This document shows, in pieces, positions 29,238 through 38,484 of a stretch of DNA of 64,000 bases (positions are counted from its first letter, which is position 1; every line of letters begins with the position of its first letter). A program made the position numbers and the translations under genes. The notes beneath the pieces are model-generated. The model was not told where the DNA came from. It did no database searches and saw only the letters and a list, made by a program, of their open reading frames with translations. The stretch comes from Candidatus Bipolaricaulia bacterium (lineage in GTDB: Bacteria > Bipolaricaulota > Bipolaricaulia > RBG-16-55-9), in assembly GCA_042219045.1 (NCBI GenBank), contig JBDGQO010000049.1, positions 1 through 64,000 on the forward strand, given 5' to 3'.

Positions 29238-30941
29238 TCAACCGGCCCCGGCACCGCCGCCTCCGGCGCCTCCGGCAGCCCCCGCTCCGGCGGACGCTGC
29301 GCCTCCTGCCGCTCCGGCAGCCGCGGCGCCGCCCGTGTCGCCAATGACGGCATAACAGGCCGCGAATGAAGCGTACGCGGGCGCAAAGCCCTTCTCCGCC
29401 TCGGCCGTGTGGTCCTGTAGCCACGGCGGCATCTCGAAGCGATCCTCCGCGTCGGCCTCCTTGAGGCCCTCCTTGATCTCGTCCATGTGCTTGCTCCAGA
29501 CGCGCTTGTGCAGCGCCAGCCACGGCAGCTGGTCGATGAAGAACTGCGCCGCGCCGATGGGATCGTGGCGCTGCAGCGATGCCAGTTTCTCCAAAAGATG
29601 ATCCAGGTAGGCGTCCACGCGGGCGCGCTTCTTCGCGCCCTGCTCGGTCAAGGTGTAGTGCGTCACCCCAGCAAGGATCATCCCGCTGAGAAACAGTCCG
29701 ATGCCGAGCCCCAGCGCGATGAACCACCAGCCACCGCCCAGGACCGATACGACGATCCCGAGGATCAATGCAAGGGTTACGGCGATCCAGACGCGGTTGG
29801 AACGGCGCCTATGATGGGCGAGATCGCCCTGTTCCACGAGCTGGAGGCGGGTGTCGCTGAGCAGTTGTCGTCGCGTTCGGTTCCCCTTACGGCCAAATTC
29901 CGTGAGGGATTCGTAGGCGTGCAGCTCGTCCAGGAGCTTGGCCTCCATGTCGCTCAGGTCGTCGCGGGTCTGGTGGAACTCGACGTGCACAACTGGTCGT
30001 TCGCGCGCGAATCGCGATTTTTTCTGCTTGGTGCGCGTTAGGGTGATGTGGCCTCTTGACGCCAGATCGTAGAGCATGGCGGGAATCGCGCGCTGGGCTT
30101 CCGTCGAGGGGCCCTTGAGCAAGACGCCCGCTTGCGCAAGAGGGACGTCTGGCTCCTCGGCTGAATGGGTCTCATGCCGCGGACCGCGCCAGCGGCGCCA
30201 CAACACAACGCTCGGCAGGATCGCGATTAGGAAAGCCAGGCCAACGGCACCGACAAGCGCCCAGTTGACCTCTTGGGGAGGACGGCCTTCGAGTCGCTTG
30301 GGGAATTTCACGATAATTTGATACCCCTCGCCCGAGTCGAGCTGGGCATGTTCGAAGTGGATCGCATAGCCCTCGGATGTCTCTCGGATTCGGCCTTCGT
30401 CTTGCGGCTGGAAATCCAAGTCCGCCTGGTCGAGGTCCAGTGAGTCGGGAATCCGGACGCTCATGGCAACGTTGCTCACCGGAACCGTCGTCTCCTCCCC
30501 GACGGCCTGCCAGTTAATTCGATTGACGTCGCCATCTTCAATCAGCGCGCCGTGGACCGTGTAGCTGAGCGTGAACGTGGCCGGCTCAGAGCGCTCGGGA
30601 AACGTCCAACGAATGACGGTCCGATCGTCCTCCGTGCGGGTCGTCGTCTCGAGGATCCGAGCATCTGGGCTGGTGACTTGAACGTTGCGCAGCTCGTCGA
30701 ACTGATCGGTCGGAATCCACCGGGTGCCATAGCTGAAGCTGCCCTGTTGGAAGTCGTAGGCGATCTCTTCGGTGACCAGATACGTGCCGTCGGTCTGCAG
30801 CTTGAGGGTGACGTCGTAGCTTGAGATGGCGTAGGTCTGGGACTGCGCTCCCGTCGGGGGCGCCAGAGCGCTCAAGACAATCGCCACCAGAAGGGAGACC
30901 ATCAGCGTCCTGGCAAATGGGTGTGTTTTCACGATGCCCAT
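29238..30941 (-). CDS. DUF2207-like membrane protein
   Basis: Signal peptide, ISSYDV..DG..VTEEI..F domain, TM helices, Gly/Ala-rich tail; start uncertain (30941 or 30950). Confidence 0.8.
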   Translation of the reverse strand: MGIVKTHPFARTLMVSLLVAIVLSALAPPTGAQSQTYAISSYDVTLKLQTDGTYLVTEEIAYDFQQGSFSYGTRWIPTDQFDELRNVQVTSPDARILETTTRTEDDRTVIRWTFPERSEPATFTLSYTVHGALIEDGDVNRINWQAVGEETTVPVSNVAMSVRIPDSLDLDQADLDFQPQDEGRIRETSEGYAIHFEHAQLDSGEGYQIIVKFPKRLEGRPPQEVNWALVGAVGLAFLIAILPSVVLWRRWRGPRHETHSAEEPDVPLAQAGVLLKGPSTEAQRAIPAMLYDLASRGHITLTRTKQKKSRFARERPVVHVEFHQTRDDLSDMEAKLLDELHAYESLTEFGRKGNRTRRQLLSDTRLQLVEQGDLAHHRRRSNRVWIAVTLALILGIVVSVLGGGWWFIALGLGIGLFLSGMILAGVTHYTLTEQGAKKRARVDAYLDHLLEKLASLQRHDPIGAAQFFIDQLPWLALHKRVWSKHMDEIKEGLKEADAEDRFEMPPWLQDHTAEAEKGFAPAYASFAACYAVIGDTGGAAAAGAAGGAASAGAGAAGGAGGGGAGAG

Positions 30942-31003
30942 GGCATCCACAGTTTAACAGATGCAGCCGAGCGCGGAACATGATCTCCACGCACGGTGCT
31001 GCG

Positions 31004-31032
31004 CTGACACGTCAGCCTCCGTCGCGCATAAT
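31004..31032 (+). promoter_or_regulatory. Putative sigma70-type promoter for DUF2007-fur
   Basis: CTGACA-N17-CATAAT. Confidence 0.5.
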
Positions 31033-31094
31033 GGGACCAGCCCAAGTCAAGGGGCCAATTGGGGACGTTATGGGAGAGGAGAGCTTGATTCAGT

Positions 31095-31364
31095 ATGGAT
31101 CCACACGAGTTCGTCCGCATCTACGCGTCCGAAAATCGCACCGAGATCGACATGATCAAGCAGTTCCTGGAGTCCGAGGGCTTCACCGTCATGGCGCGCG
31201 GCGAGTATGAGCCCGAGTATCCGCTGTTCTATCCCAATCCCATCGAGCTGTGCGTCCCGCGCCGCGAGACCGACGAGGCGGTCATGCTCCTGCGCGAATT
31301 CCAGGACGCGCCCATCCAGGATGACCAAGACCCTTCCCTTGCCGACTTTCGCCCCACGGATTAG
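31095..31364 (+). CDS. DUF2007-like small protein
   Basis: EIDMIKQFLESEG..IELCVPRRETDEAVMLL pattern. Confidence 0.7.
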   Translation: MDPHEFVRIYASENRTEIDMIKQFLESEGFTVMARGEYEPEYPLFYPNPIELCVPRRETDEAVMLLREFQDAPIQDDQDPSLADFRPTD

Positions 31365-31375
31365 CCTGGAGCTGC

Positions 31376-31825
31376 ATGGCCAGTCTGATCGAGGAACTGA
31401 TTGAACACCTGCGGGCGGCGGGGTATCGCAACACGCCGGCCCGTCGGGCGGTATTGGAAGCCCTCATCGACGGGCCCTCCCACATGACAGCTCCCGACGT
31501 CGTGGCGGCCGTGGACGAGACCTCGCCCAGTGTTGGCCGTGCATCGATCTATCGGACGCTGGACCTGCTCACCAAGCTCGGCCTCTTGCAGTCCTCAACG
31601 TTGGGAGGCACGGAGACGACCTACATGCTCGCCCCATCTGGACACCATCATCACGCGATCTGTCTGGAATGCCGCGAGACGATCGAGATCGATGAATGCG
31701 TCATGGGCGAAATGGAAGGGCTGCTGCACGAACGGACCGGCTTCGAGGTCCGTGGACACTTGCTGGAAATTTACGGGCTCTGTCCCCGCTGCGCTGTCGC
31801 CAAGCCCGATTCCCGCGAGAGCTAA
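31376..31825 (+). CDS. Fur-family regulator (probably Zur)
   Basis: ASIYRTL, HHHHAICLEC, YGLCPRC; directly upstream of a ZnuABC-like transporter. Confidence 0.9.
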   Translation: MASLIEELIEHLRAAGYRNTPARRAVLEALIDGPSHMTAPDVVAAVDETSPSVGRASIYRTLDLLTKLGLLQSSTLGGTETTYMLAPSGHHHHAICLECRETIEIDECVMGEMEGLLHERTGFEVRGHLLEIYGLCPRCAVAKPDSRES

Positions 31826-31905
31826 CCACAAAACCAGTTCGCTGCGGAGCTTCCCAGTCAACCTGATCGAAGGGGGTTGACGATGGGATGCCTGCCTGAT
31901 ACTGA

Positions 31906-31920
31906 TGATACGAAATATCA
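31906..31920. promoter_or_regulatory. Fur/Zur-like operator upstream of znuA
   Basis: Palindrome TGATA-CGAAA-TATCA, similar to the 7-1-7 Fur box; TTGACG lies at 31877. Confidence 0.55.
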
Positions 31921-31961
31921 AGTGATATCGAAGCTCGACAATGAGGAGAGCGTGATGGTCC

Positions 31962-32903
31962 ATGCAGGCCCAATCGGCGTTCCAACCGAGGCAAGCGCGA
32001 ATGGCGATGTTGCTCGGGGTGGTCCTCACGGTGGCCCTCACCTTGGGTGGTCCCGGGCTCAAACACGGCCAGGCCGAAGCCGAGAATGACCTGAACATCG
32101 TGGTGACGACGACGATCTTAGGCGACGTGGTGGCCAACGTGGCCGACGGTGCGTTTGATCCTCAAGTCCTATTGGAGCCCGGTCAGAACCCGCACGCGGT
32201 AGCGCTCAATCCGGACATGCTGCGAGCGATGGTGAACGCCGACGTGGTGTTGGCCCAAGGGCTCGGATTCGAAAGCTTCCTCACCGACGCGTTGGAGACC
32301 TCAGGCAAGGAGATCAACCTCGTTCGCGTCTCGGGCGGAGTTCCCCCGCGCCAGCTTGGTGACGATGTCGATCAGCACGCCTGGTTCGATCCGGCCAACG
32401 TGGCGATCTGGACGGACAACGTCCGCGAGGTGCTCGTCGAGCGGGACCCGGCGAACGCCGAGCAGTATGCGATCAACGCCATGCGCTATCAAGGCAAGCT
32501 GGCCGAGCTGGATGCCTTCATCGAGGAGCGGGTCGGTGAACTCGATCCCGAACAGCGCAAGATCGTGGCCGATCACAGGGCTTGGGGCTACTTTGCCGAC
32601 CGCTACGGCTTCGAGTTCCTGGGAGCGGTTATTCCGAACTTGAGCGATGCCGCCGAGCCGTCGGCCCGTGACGTCGCGAGGGCCATCGAGGTGATCCGCG
32701 AGGAGAACGTCCCGGCGGTCTTCGTGGGCAACACGGCCCGTCCCGACGTCGCAGAGCAAGTGGCCGAGGAGACCGGGGCGGAGATCGTTCGGCTGTACAC
32801 CGGCTCGCTCAGTGAGCCCGATGGCCCAGCCCCGACGTATCTGGCCCTCATGCGGTTCAACGCCAACGCCATCGTGGACGCGCTCGCGGTTGACTCCGAC
32901 TAG
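31962..32903 (+). CDS. znuA: Zn/Mn ABC transporter substrate-binding protein
   Basis: PGQNPH, DQHAWFDP, H..WGYFADRYG, EPSA, LYTGSL. Confidence 0.88.
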   Translation: MQAQSAFQPRQARMAMLLGVVLTVALTLGGPGLKHGQAEAENDLNIVVTTTILGDVVANVADGAFDPQVLLEPGQNPHAVALNPDMLRAMVNADVVLAQGLGFESFLTDALETSGKEINLVRVSGGVPPRQLGDDVDQHAWFDPANVAIWTDNVREVLVERDPANAEQYAINAMRYQGKLAELDAFIEERVGELDPEQRKIVADHRAWGYFADRYGFEFLGAVIPNLSDAAEPSARDVARAIEVIREENVPAVFVGNTARPDVAEQVAEETGAEIVRLYTGSLSEPDGPAPTYLALMRFNANAIVDALAVDSD

Positions 32904-32926
32904 GCTGTCAAACCGACGCGATATGA

Positions 32927-33019
32927 TACTGATCACCGCGAAAGTCCAGTCAAGTCAGTTGCTGTCAGCGGGGCCAACGTTGTGACCGTAGGTTGACTCG
33001 ACTTGTGCGATGGTCTGTA
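32927..33019 (+). mobile_element. MITE-like element copy 1 (89 bp plus flanking TA)
   Basis: TA-CTGATCACCGCG..GATGGTCTG-TA; 25-bp imperfect terminal inverted repeats; 84/89 identical to the reverse complement of 37612-37700. Confidence 0.75.
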
Positions 33020-33021
33020 AC

Positions 33022-33810
33022 ATGGACGACGTGAACCGTAAGCATCGGCCCGTCCGGCACGATCCAGACGCGCCCGTCCTTGAATTTGAAAGCGTTTCGG
33101 CCCGTTACGGCGATCGGGTCGCCATCGATAACCTCTCGTTCCGCCTTGAGACGGGCGATCAAGTCGCCGTCGTCGGGCCAAACGGCGCAGGCAAGAGCAC
33201 GCTGCTCAAGCTCGTTGCCGGAATCTCCCAACCAACGTCGGGACGGATTCAGATCTACGGCCATCGACCGTCGAAACATGTCTGCGTCGCTTACGTCCCC
33301 CAACGCACCGACATCGACTGGCGATTCCCAGTGACGGTCTTCGACGTCGTCATAATGGGCCGAGTGGGCCAATTGGGATTGTTCAAGTGGCCCCGACAGC
33401 CCGATCGCGAGCTCGTCCAACGGAGTTTAGCCACGGTCGGTGCCGACCAGTTGGCCGATCGCCAGATCGGGGAGCTCTCCGACGGCCAGCAACAGCGGGT
33501 CTTCATCGCGCGAGCCTTGGCCCAACAAGCCGAACTGATGCTTTTGGATGAACCGCTAACGGGGCTCGACGCCCACGCCCAAGAGGAAGTGTGGAGTATC
33601 CTGAACGTCTTGCGCGAGCAGAACGTCACGAGCCTCGTGACGATTCACAACCTCGACCTCGCCGCGGAACGCTTCGATCGCGTCATGCTGCTGAACCAAG
33701 CGCTCTTCGGCTTCGGCCCGCCCGAGGAGACCTTGTCGGACAGTCGAGTGGCGGCGGCGTACGGCGGTCGGGCGACGTTCCACGAATCCGCGGTGCCTCG
33801 CGATGATTGA
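33022..33810 (+). CDS. znuC: Zn/Mn ABC transporter ATP-binding protein
   Basis: GPNGAGKST, YVPQ, LSDGQQQR, LLDEP, H-loop. The ORF-track start 33010 falls inside the repeat, so ATG 33022 was chosen. Confidence 0.88.
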   Translation: MDDVNRKHRPVRHDPDAPVLEFESVSARYGDRVAIDNLSFRLETGDQVAVVGPNGAGKSTLLKLVAGISQPTSGRIQIYGHRPSKHVCVAYVPQRTDIDWRFPVTVFDVVIMGRVGQLGLFKWPRQPDRELVQRSLATVGADQLADRQIGELSDGQQQRVFIARALAQQAELMLLDEPLTGLDAHAQEEVWSILNVLREQNVTSLVTIHNLDLAAERFDRVMLLNQALFGFGPPEETLSDSRVAAAYGGRATFHESAVPRDD

Positions 33811-34660
33811 GACCCTGTTGGCGCCACTCCAGTTCGGCTTCATGGTCCGTGGCCTGTTGGCTGCCGTGGTCGTCGGCATCGTCTGCTCGATCGTGGGCAC
33901 CTACGTCGTGCTGCGCGGAATGGCGTTTTTCGGCAGCGCGTTGGCGCACTCCGTGCTGCCGGGACTGGCAGCCGGGTATCTCGTCACGGGGGCCACGCGC
34001 GGGGTGCTTTTCTGGTGGGGCCTTGCCACGGCGATTCTCGTCTCACTGGGCATCGGTGCGGTCAGCCGAGCTGCCCGTCTCAAGGAAGATACCGCCATCG
34101 GCATTCTGTTTGCGGCGATGTTCGCGCTCGGCATCGCGCTGATCTCGTCCGCGCGGAGCTACGCCGTCGACCTAACCCACTTTCTGTTCGGCAACGTCCT
34201 GGGCGTTTCAACGGCCGACCTGTGGCAGATCGGGCTGTTCGGTGCCATCGTGGTGCTTGTGATCCTTGCGCTTTACAAAGAGTTTCTCGTGCTCGCGTTC
34301 GACCCAATGCTCGCCCAGACGATGCGGCTGCCCACCAAGGCGCTCGACTACCTCTTGCTCGTGTTGATCGCGGTCACCATCGTCGTCTCGCTGCAGACCG
34401 TCGGCGTGGCGCTGATGGTAGCCATGCTCGTCACTCCGGCCGCCACCGGGACGCTGCTCGCTAAGCGACTGCCAGGCGTCATGCTCACTGCCGCCATCGT
34501 GGGGGCTGTCTCCGGCGTGATCGGCTTGTATGTGTCGTACTTCGTCGGCATCGCGTCCGGCCCGGCCATCGTGTTGGTGTGCACGGCGATCTTCCTTCTG
34601 ACGCTGATGCTGGCGCCGGGCCGCGGCAAGGTCTGGCAGTGGCTTCTGGCTCCTGAATGA
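33803..34660 (+). CDS. znuB: Zn/Mn ABC transporter permease
   Basis: ALAHSVLPG, EDTAIG, LFGNVL, LVTPAA. Confidence 0.9.
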   Translation: MIETLLAPLQFGFMVRGLLAAVVVGIVCSIVGTYVVLRGMAFFGSALAHSVLPGLAAGYLVTGATRGVLFWWGLATAILVSLGIGAVSRAARLKEDTAIGILFAAMFALGIALISSARSYAVDLTHFLFGNVLGVSTADLWQIGLFGAIVVLVILALYKEFLVLAFDPMLAQTMRLPTKALDYLLLVLIAVTIVVSLQTVGVALMVAMLVTPAATGTLLAKRLPGVMLTAAIVGAVSGVIGLYVSYFVGIASGPAIVLVCTAIFLLTLMLAPGRGKVWQWLLAPE

Positions 34661-34732
34661 CTGTGCGTTGGAATAGCTCGGTCATTTGCAGAGTTGAAGC
34701 TCTCTTGAATCGCGTCTAAATTCTCCCTGGCA

Positions 34733-35161
34733 ATGCGCCCCACAACCTGGACGCTCACGCTCATGCTGGTGCTCGGGCTCGTCGTCAGCTCGACGGCCTC
34801 GCTCTGTTGGTTCCACGATTCGACGGGGATGCCGACGGCCAACCCACCGACCGAAGGTCAGCCCGCCCACGATCACGCGCACACGCACCCCCATGCATCA
34901 GCCAACCACCACGATCCAGCGAAGACCTCTGAAGCGACGAAGCAACCGAAAGTGCCCGAAGACCTCATCTGCCACCACAACCAGCCGCACCCCGACGTCG
35001 CGACGACCGTGGAACTGCCGACCTGCCAGCTGATGGCTGATCTCGACGATGAGCGGGATCCCACGTTGAACGCCGTCTCCGCCATCCGGCACCTCGACCA
35101 AAGTGCACGGTCGCCGTTAGAAATCTCCCCGCCTGACCGGCCTCCCGCCCATTCCACTTGA
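34733..35161 (+). CDS. Secreted His-rich protein with Pro-rich C-terminus
   Basis: N-terminal hydrophobic signal, HDHAHTHPHASANHH, ends SPPDRPPAHST. Confidence 0.6.
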   Translation: MRPTTWTLTLMLVLGLVVSSTASLCWFHDSTGMPTANPPTEGQPAHDHAHTHPHASANHHDPAKTSEATKQPKVPEDLICHHNQPHPDVATTVELPTCQLMADLDDERDPTLNAVSAIRHLDQSARSPLEISPPDRPPAHST

Positions 35162-35246
35162 CCCATCCGATGCCGCGTAACCCGAGCTACGCTTAGCATC
35201 CGAGAACGCCGCGAAGCCATTCGACCGAGAAAGGAGTCGAGCAATC

Positions 35247-35807
35247 ATGAAACGCCGCTTGATCGTCATGTCGGCAGTGATAGCCGTTAGCCTGATGGCC
35301 GCGTTCGCGTTGGGGGTGAGCCCGTTCACCTCTCCGGAGACCGAGGCCCAAGTCGATGAGCCCCGCACCACCCAGAGGATGCAGTCGGTCGGTTCGACGA
35401 CGTGGGAGGGCATGCGCATCAGCGTGGCTCGGACGGAGCCGTCCCGGTTCATGATCTTTCAGGGCCGGGACAACCGGCGCGTGGTCGAACCGAAGCCCGA
35501 GGACAGCGTCCACCTCATGGCCGTGCTGGCCGACGCGAAGACGGGCGAGCGCATTCCCTATTCGACGGTCTGGTTCACCATCAAGGACCAAGACGGCAAC
35601 GTCGTCTTCGACGATCGGACTTGGCCCATGCTCTCGCAGAACATGGGCACGCACTATGGCGTCAACGTCGGCTTCCCCGAGCCGGGCACCTACAACGTTG
35701 AGGTCCAGATCGGTGCCCCCATCTCCGCTCGTCATCCCGAGTACATGGACCGCTGGCTGGAGCAGTTCACCTTCGAGACGAAGATCGAATGGGAAGGCGA
35801 ACAGTGA
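35247..35807 (+). CDS. P19/FetP/Tp34-like exported metal-binding protein
   Basis: Signal peptide; VHLM..WPMLSQNMGTHYGVNV..GTY..RH; SD AAGGAG. Confidence 0.7.
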   Translation: MKRRLIVMSAVIAVSLMAAFALGVSPFTSPETEAQVDEPRTTQRMQSVGSTTWEGMRISVARTEPSRFMIFQGRDNRRVVEPKPEDSVHLMAVLADAKTGERIPYSTVWFTIKDQDGNVVFDDRTWPMLSQNMGTHYGVNVGFPEPGTYNVEVQIGAPISARHPEYMDRWLEQFTFETKIEWEGEQ

Positions 35808-37024
35808 TGGCATCAATCCATCGCCGACGCTTCCTCCGCGGCGCCGGCCTGACAGTTGGCGGCCTGCTGATCGGCGGGCCGACGACGCTGATCCGCGCAC
35901 AGGAGGGGCCCGAGTTGGGCCCCTCTCCGGATCGGCCCGAGCGCCAACACGCTTGGAACGATTTCCTGAGCGTCAACGCAGACGGCAATCCTGTCATGCC
36001 GCGGTTCCATCGGCTCCTGATGTTCGACGTGGACGGCGACGCGACGCCCCGGGCCGTTCGGCGTCTGGAAGCCCAGCTCCGCGACTGGGAGCGCCGCTAT
36101 GACTGGTCGTCCGAGGGGCTGATGTTCGTGATCGGTTGGGGGCCCAAGTACTTCGCCGAACGGCTCGGTATGGACGCGCCCATCCCGCGCCCTCAGGCCC
36201 TGAGCAGCTTCGAGACGCCGGATTTCGACGACTACGAGGCCTGCCTCCATTTGGCCAGCGACGACGAGGTGAGGCTCAACCAGTTGGAGGCCGAGCTCCA
36301 GGAGGGCGATTTCCGAGTCCAGATGGCGCTCCGTCGCCGAGAGACGCGCACGGGCTTCGTCGGCAAGGGCCTGCCGGCCGAGCGCCAGGACGTGTCCGGG
36401 ATCCCGTCGGGATGCCCCGTTTCGGGAGATTCGCCGCTTTATATGGGGTTCCGCTCGGGATTCAAGCGGAACCAGGCGACCGAGGACGAGGTGACCATCC
36501 CGAATGGCCCCTTGGCGGGAGGCACGACCATGCAAGTCAGCTGGCTGCGGCTGCGCCTGGACGGCTGGTACAAGTTGCTCGACGGAGAGGAGCGCGTCGA
36601 TCGCATGTTCGCGCCCCCGCTCAGCAAAAACGACGTTGAGGCCTTGAAGCGCGAAGCGTCCACCTTCACGGATCAACTCGCCCAAACCGCGCGCGAGCAA
36701 GGCGTCATCGGCCACCTGCAAGCAGCGGCACAGGCGCGACGGAACGGGCGCCCGCTCATCCTGCGGCGCGACTTCAACACGACCGACGACGGCACGGCCG
36801 GGCTCCATTTCCTTTCCTTGCAACGCCAGATCGCCGACTTTGTCAAGACCCGTGAGGCGATGAACGCCACCGACATGATCTTCCAAAATCCGTCGATCAA
36901 GCCGCGCGTCAACAACGGCATCAAGGAGTCGATCTTCGTGCTGCGCCGCGCCAACTACGTCGTGCCGCCACGGTCGCAACGGGCGTTCCCCTTGTTGCCA
37001 GGCCGAGAGGATGCGATCGAATGA
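35807..37024 (+). CDS. Tat-exported DyP/EfeB-like protein
   Basis: Tat motif HRRRFLRG; MGFRSG, GGTTMQV, GHL, ILRRDF, GLHFLSLQR align with the DyP C-domain pattern. Confidence 0.7.
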   Translation: MASIHRRRFLRGAGLTVGGLLIGGPTTLIRAQEGPELGPSPDRPERQHAWNDFLSVNADGNPVMPRFHRLLMFDVDGDATPRAVRRLEAQLRDWERRYDWSSEGLMFVIGWGPKYFAERLGMDAPIPRPQALSSFETPDFDDYEACLHLASDDEVRLNQLEAELQEGDFRVQMALRRRETRTGFVGKGLPAERQDVSGIPSGCPVSGDSPLYMGFRSGFKRNQATEDEVTIPNGPLAGGTTMQVSWLRLRLDGWYKLLDGEERVDRMFAPPLSKNDVEALKREASTFTDQLAQTAREQGVIGHLQAAAQARRNGRPLILRRDFNTTDDGTAGLHFLSLQRQIADFVKTREAMNATDMIFQNPSIKPRVNNGIKESIFVLRRANYVVPPRSQRAFPLLPGREDAIE

Positions 37025-37578
37025 GGCGTCTGCAACGTCCATGCTTGGGTGAATGCGTCGTCATGGGCGGCGTGACCCTAATCATCGGTCTCCTCGTGAT
37101 CGTCGCTGCGCCCCTGTCGTTGGCGCACGGCGGCGAGGAGGTCTTCTCCGACGAGGTCGGGCCCTACTACGTCGTCGCCAACAAGTCAGTCGAGCAGTCC
37201 CAGGGCAAGCCCCATCTCGAGTACACCGTCTTCCTTCGCGATAAGGAGGAACGCCGGCCAGTTTCTGCCGACCGTGCCTCGCTCCAGGTCAGCGCAGAAA
37301 CGCCGGGCGGGTCGGTTGGACCCATCGTCGCCGAGGAGTTCAGCAACCAGTACTACATCTTCGAGCCCATCGATGAGGGTGGGACGTGGACCATCGACGT
37401 CAATATCCAGGGGGAACTCGGCGAGGCCAGTTTCTCGCATGAGCTCCAGTTGCCGCGGCAGGCGTGGTACAGCTTCGTCACGGAGGCGTCTCCGCCCGCG
37501 CTCGCCGGGGTTGGGGTTGCTGCGTTGACGCTCATCGGTGGCTTCGTCTACTGGCGTGTCGGGCGGACGCGCGCCTGA
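37021..37578 (+). CDS. Exported protein with C-terminal membrane anchor
   Basis: Signal ending AHGG, beta-rich body (GTWTIDVNI), C-terminal TM plus basic tail; ATGA-coupled to the upstream gene. Confidence 0.65.
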   Translation: MRRLQRPCLGECVVMGGVTLIIGLLVIVAAPLSLAHGGEEVFSDEVGPYYVVANKSVEQSQGKPHLEYTVFLRDKEERRPVSADRASLQVSAETPGGSVGPIVAEEFSNQYYIFEPIDEGGTWTIDVNIQGELGEASFSHELQLPRQAWYSFVTEASPPALAGVGVAALTLIGGFVYWRVGRTRA

Positions 37579-37609
37579 GATGCAAGGATCACGATCCGGT
37601 CGGTTGACC

Positions 37610-37702
37610 TACAGACCACCGCACAAGTCGAGTCAACCGACGGTCGCAACGCTGGCCCCGCTGACAGCAACTGACTTGACCGGACTTTCGCGGTGATCAG
37701 TA
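37610..37702 (-). mobile_element. MITE-like element copy 2 (inverted relative to copy 1)
   Basis: 89 bp, TA-flanked; similarity to copy 1 stops at the TA dinucleotides. Confidence 0.75.
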
Positions 37703-37722
37703 ATGTCGTCGTGGACACGTCG

Positions 37723-38400
37723 TCAATCGACGACAACCGTCTCCAGCCGGAAGCCATGGCGCCCCCGGCGCATGTGCGCGCGTCGAGAGATTCCGCCGCG
37801 GCTAGCTTCATGACAGTGCCTCAGTAACGCCTTGATCCGCTGAGTTAGGTCCCGATGCTCATCCAGGACCCATGTTTCGATTGACGTGTCAACCTCGTCG
37901 GTCAGCTCGGCGATCGGATAGCGCACGATGGCCTGGGGGGGTCTAGGCGAACCTTTGAGCTCTCGTGGCCGGTCGCCGGCCGAAGGCTGCCACACGCAGA
38001 GCTTCGAGCACGCCTGGCCCTGACTTGCGAGAAAGATCTGCGTCGACTCCACGTCGTCCAGTTGCGAAACCTCCGTTAAGATCGGCATGTGTCGTTTAAT
38101 CAGGCGCTTGGCTTCCCGGTACGTCAGGCCCGGCCTTCCGTGGCCGGTCGTTTCGATGTCGTTCAACACCCGATAGCGATCCGTGGCCTCGTCGATCCGC
38201 CACCCAACGAGCCGCGCCAGGATGGCGTTGGCATACAAGGCATCGCCGCAAGCGCCCACCGCCAACGCGTCGTTGATCCGGATCGACTTCACGACGTCGG
38301 TATGTGGCGCCAGTGCGGGGTCGCTCGGCCAAGCCAAACAGTCCGTGATCAGGATCGCATCGCCCGCTTGACCGCCGACCATCCCCACGATGAGCGTCAT
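37723..38400 (-). CDS. Hypothetical Ntn-hydrolase / proteasome-beta-like protein
   Basis: M-TLIVG start with Thr1, Asp19, Lys37, Gly51 (numbered after Met removal). Confidence 0.6.
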   Translation of the reverse strand: MTLIVGMVGGQAGDAILITDCLAWPSDPALAPHTDVVKSIRINDALAVGACGDALYANAILARLVGWRIDEATDRYRVLNDIETTGHGRPGLTYREAKRLIKRHMPILTEVSQLDDVESTQIFLASQGQACSKLCVWQPSAGDRPRELKGSPRPPQAIVRYPIAELTDEVDTSIETWVLDEHRDLTQRIKALLRHCHEASRGGISRRAHMRRGRHGFRLETVVVD

Positions 38401-38484
38401 GGCGTCTCAACCTAGCAGAGAACCTCCATTGGGCAAACCGTTCAGGTGCCCGATGCGGGAGGGCCCGATTGAAATAAGCCGTTG

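Noticed and set aside
32927..37702. The 89-bp repeats as integron attC sites or as ends of a composite transposon
   Set aside because: No RYYYAAC/GTTRRRY ends and no integrase. The left copy lies inside a collinear znuA-znuC-znuB operon, which favours independent insertions.
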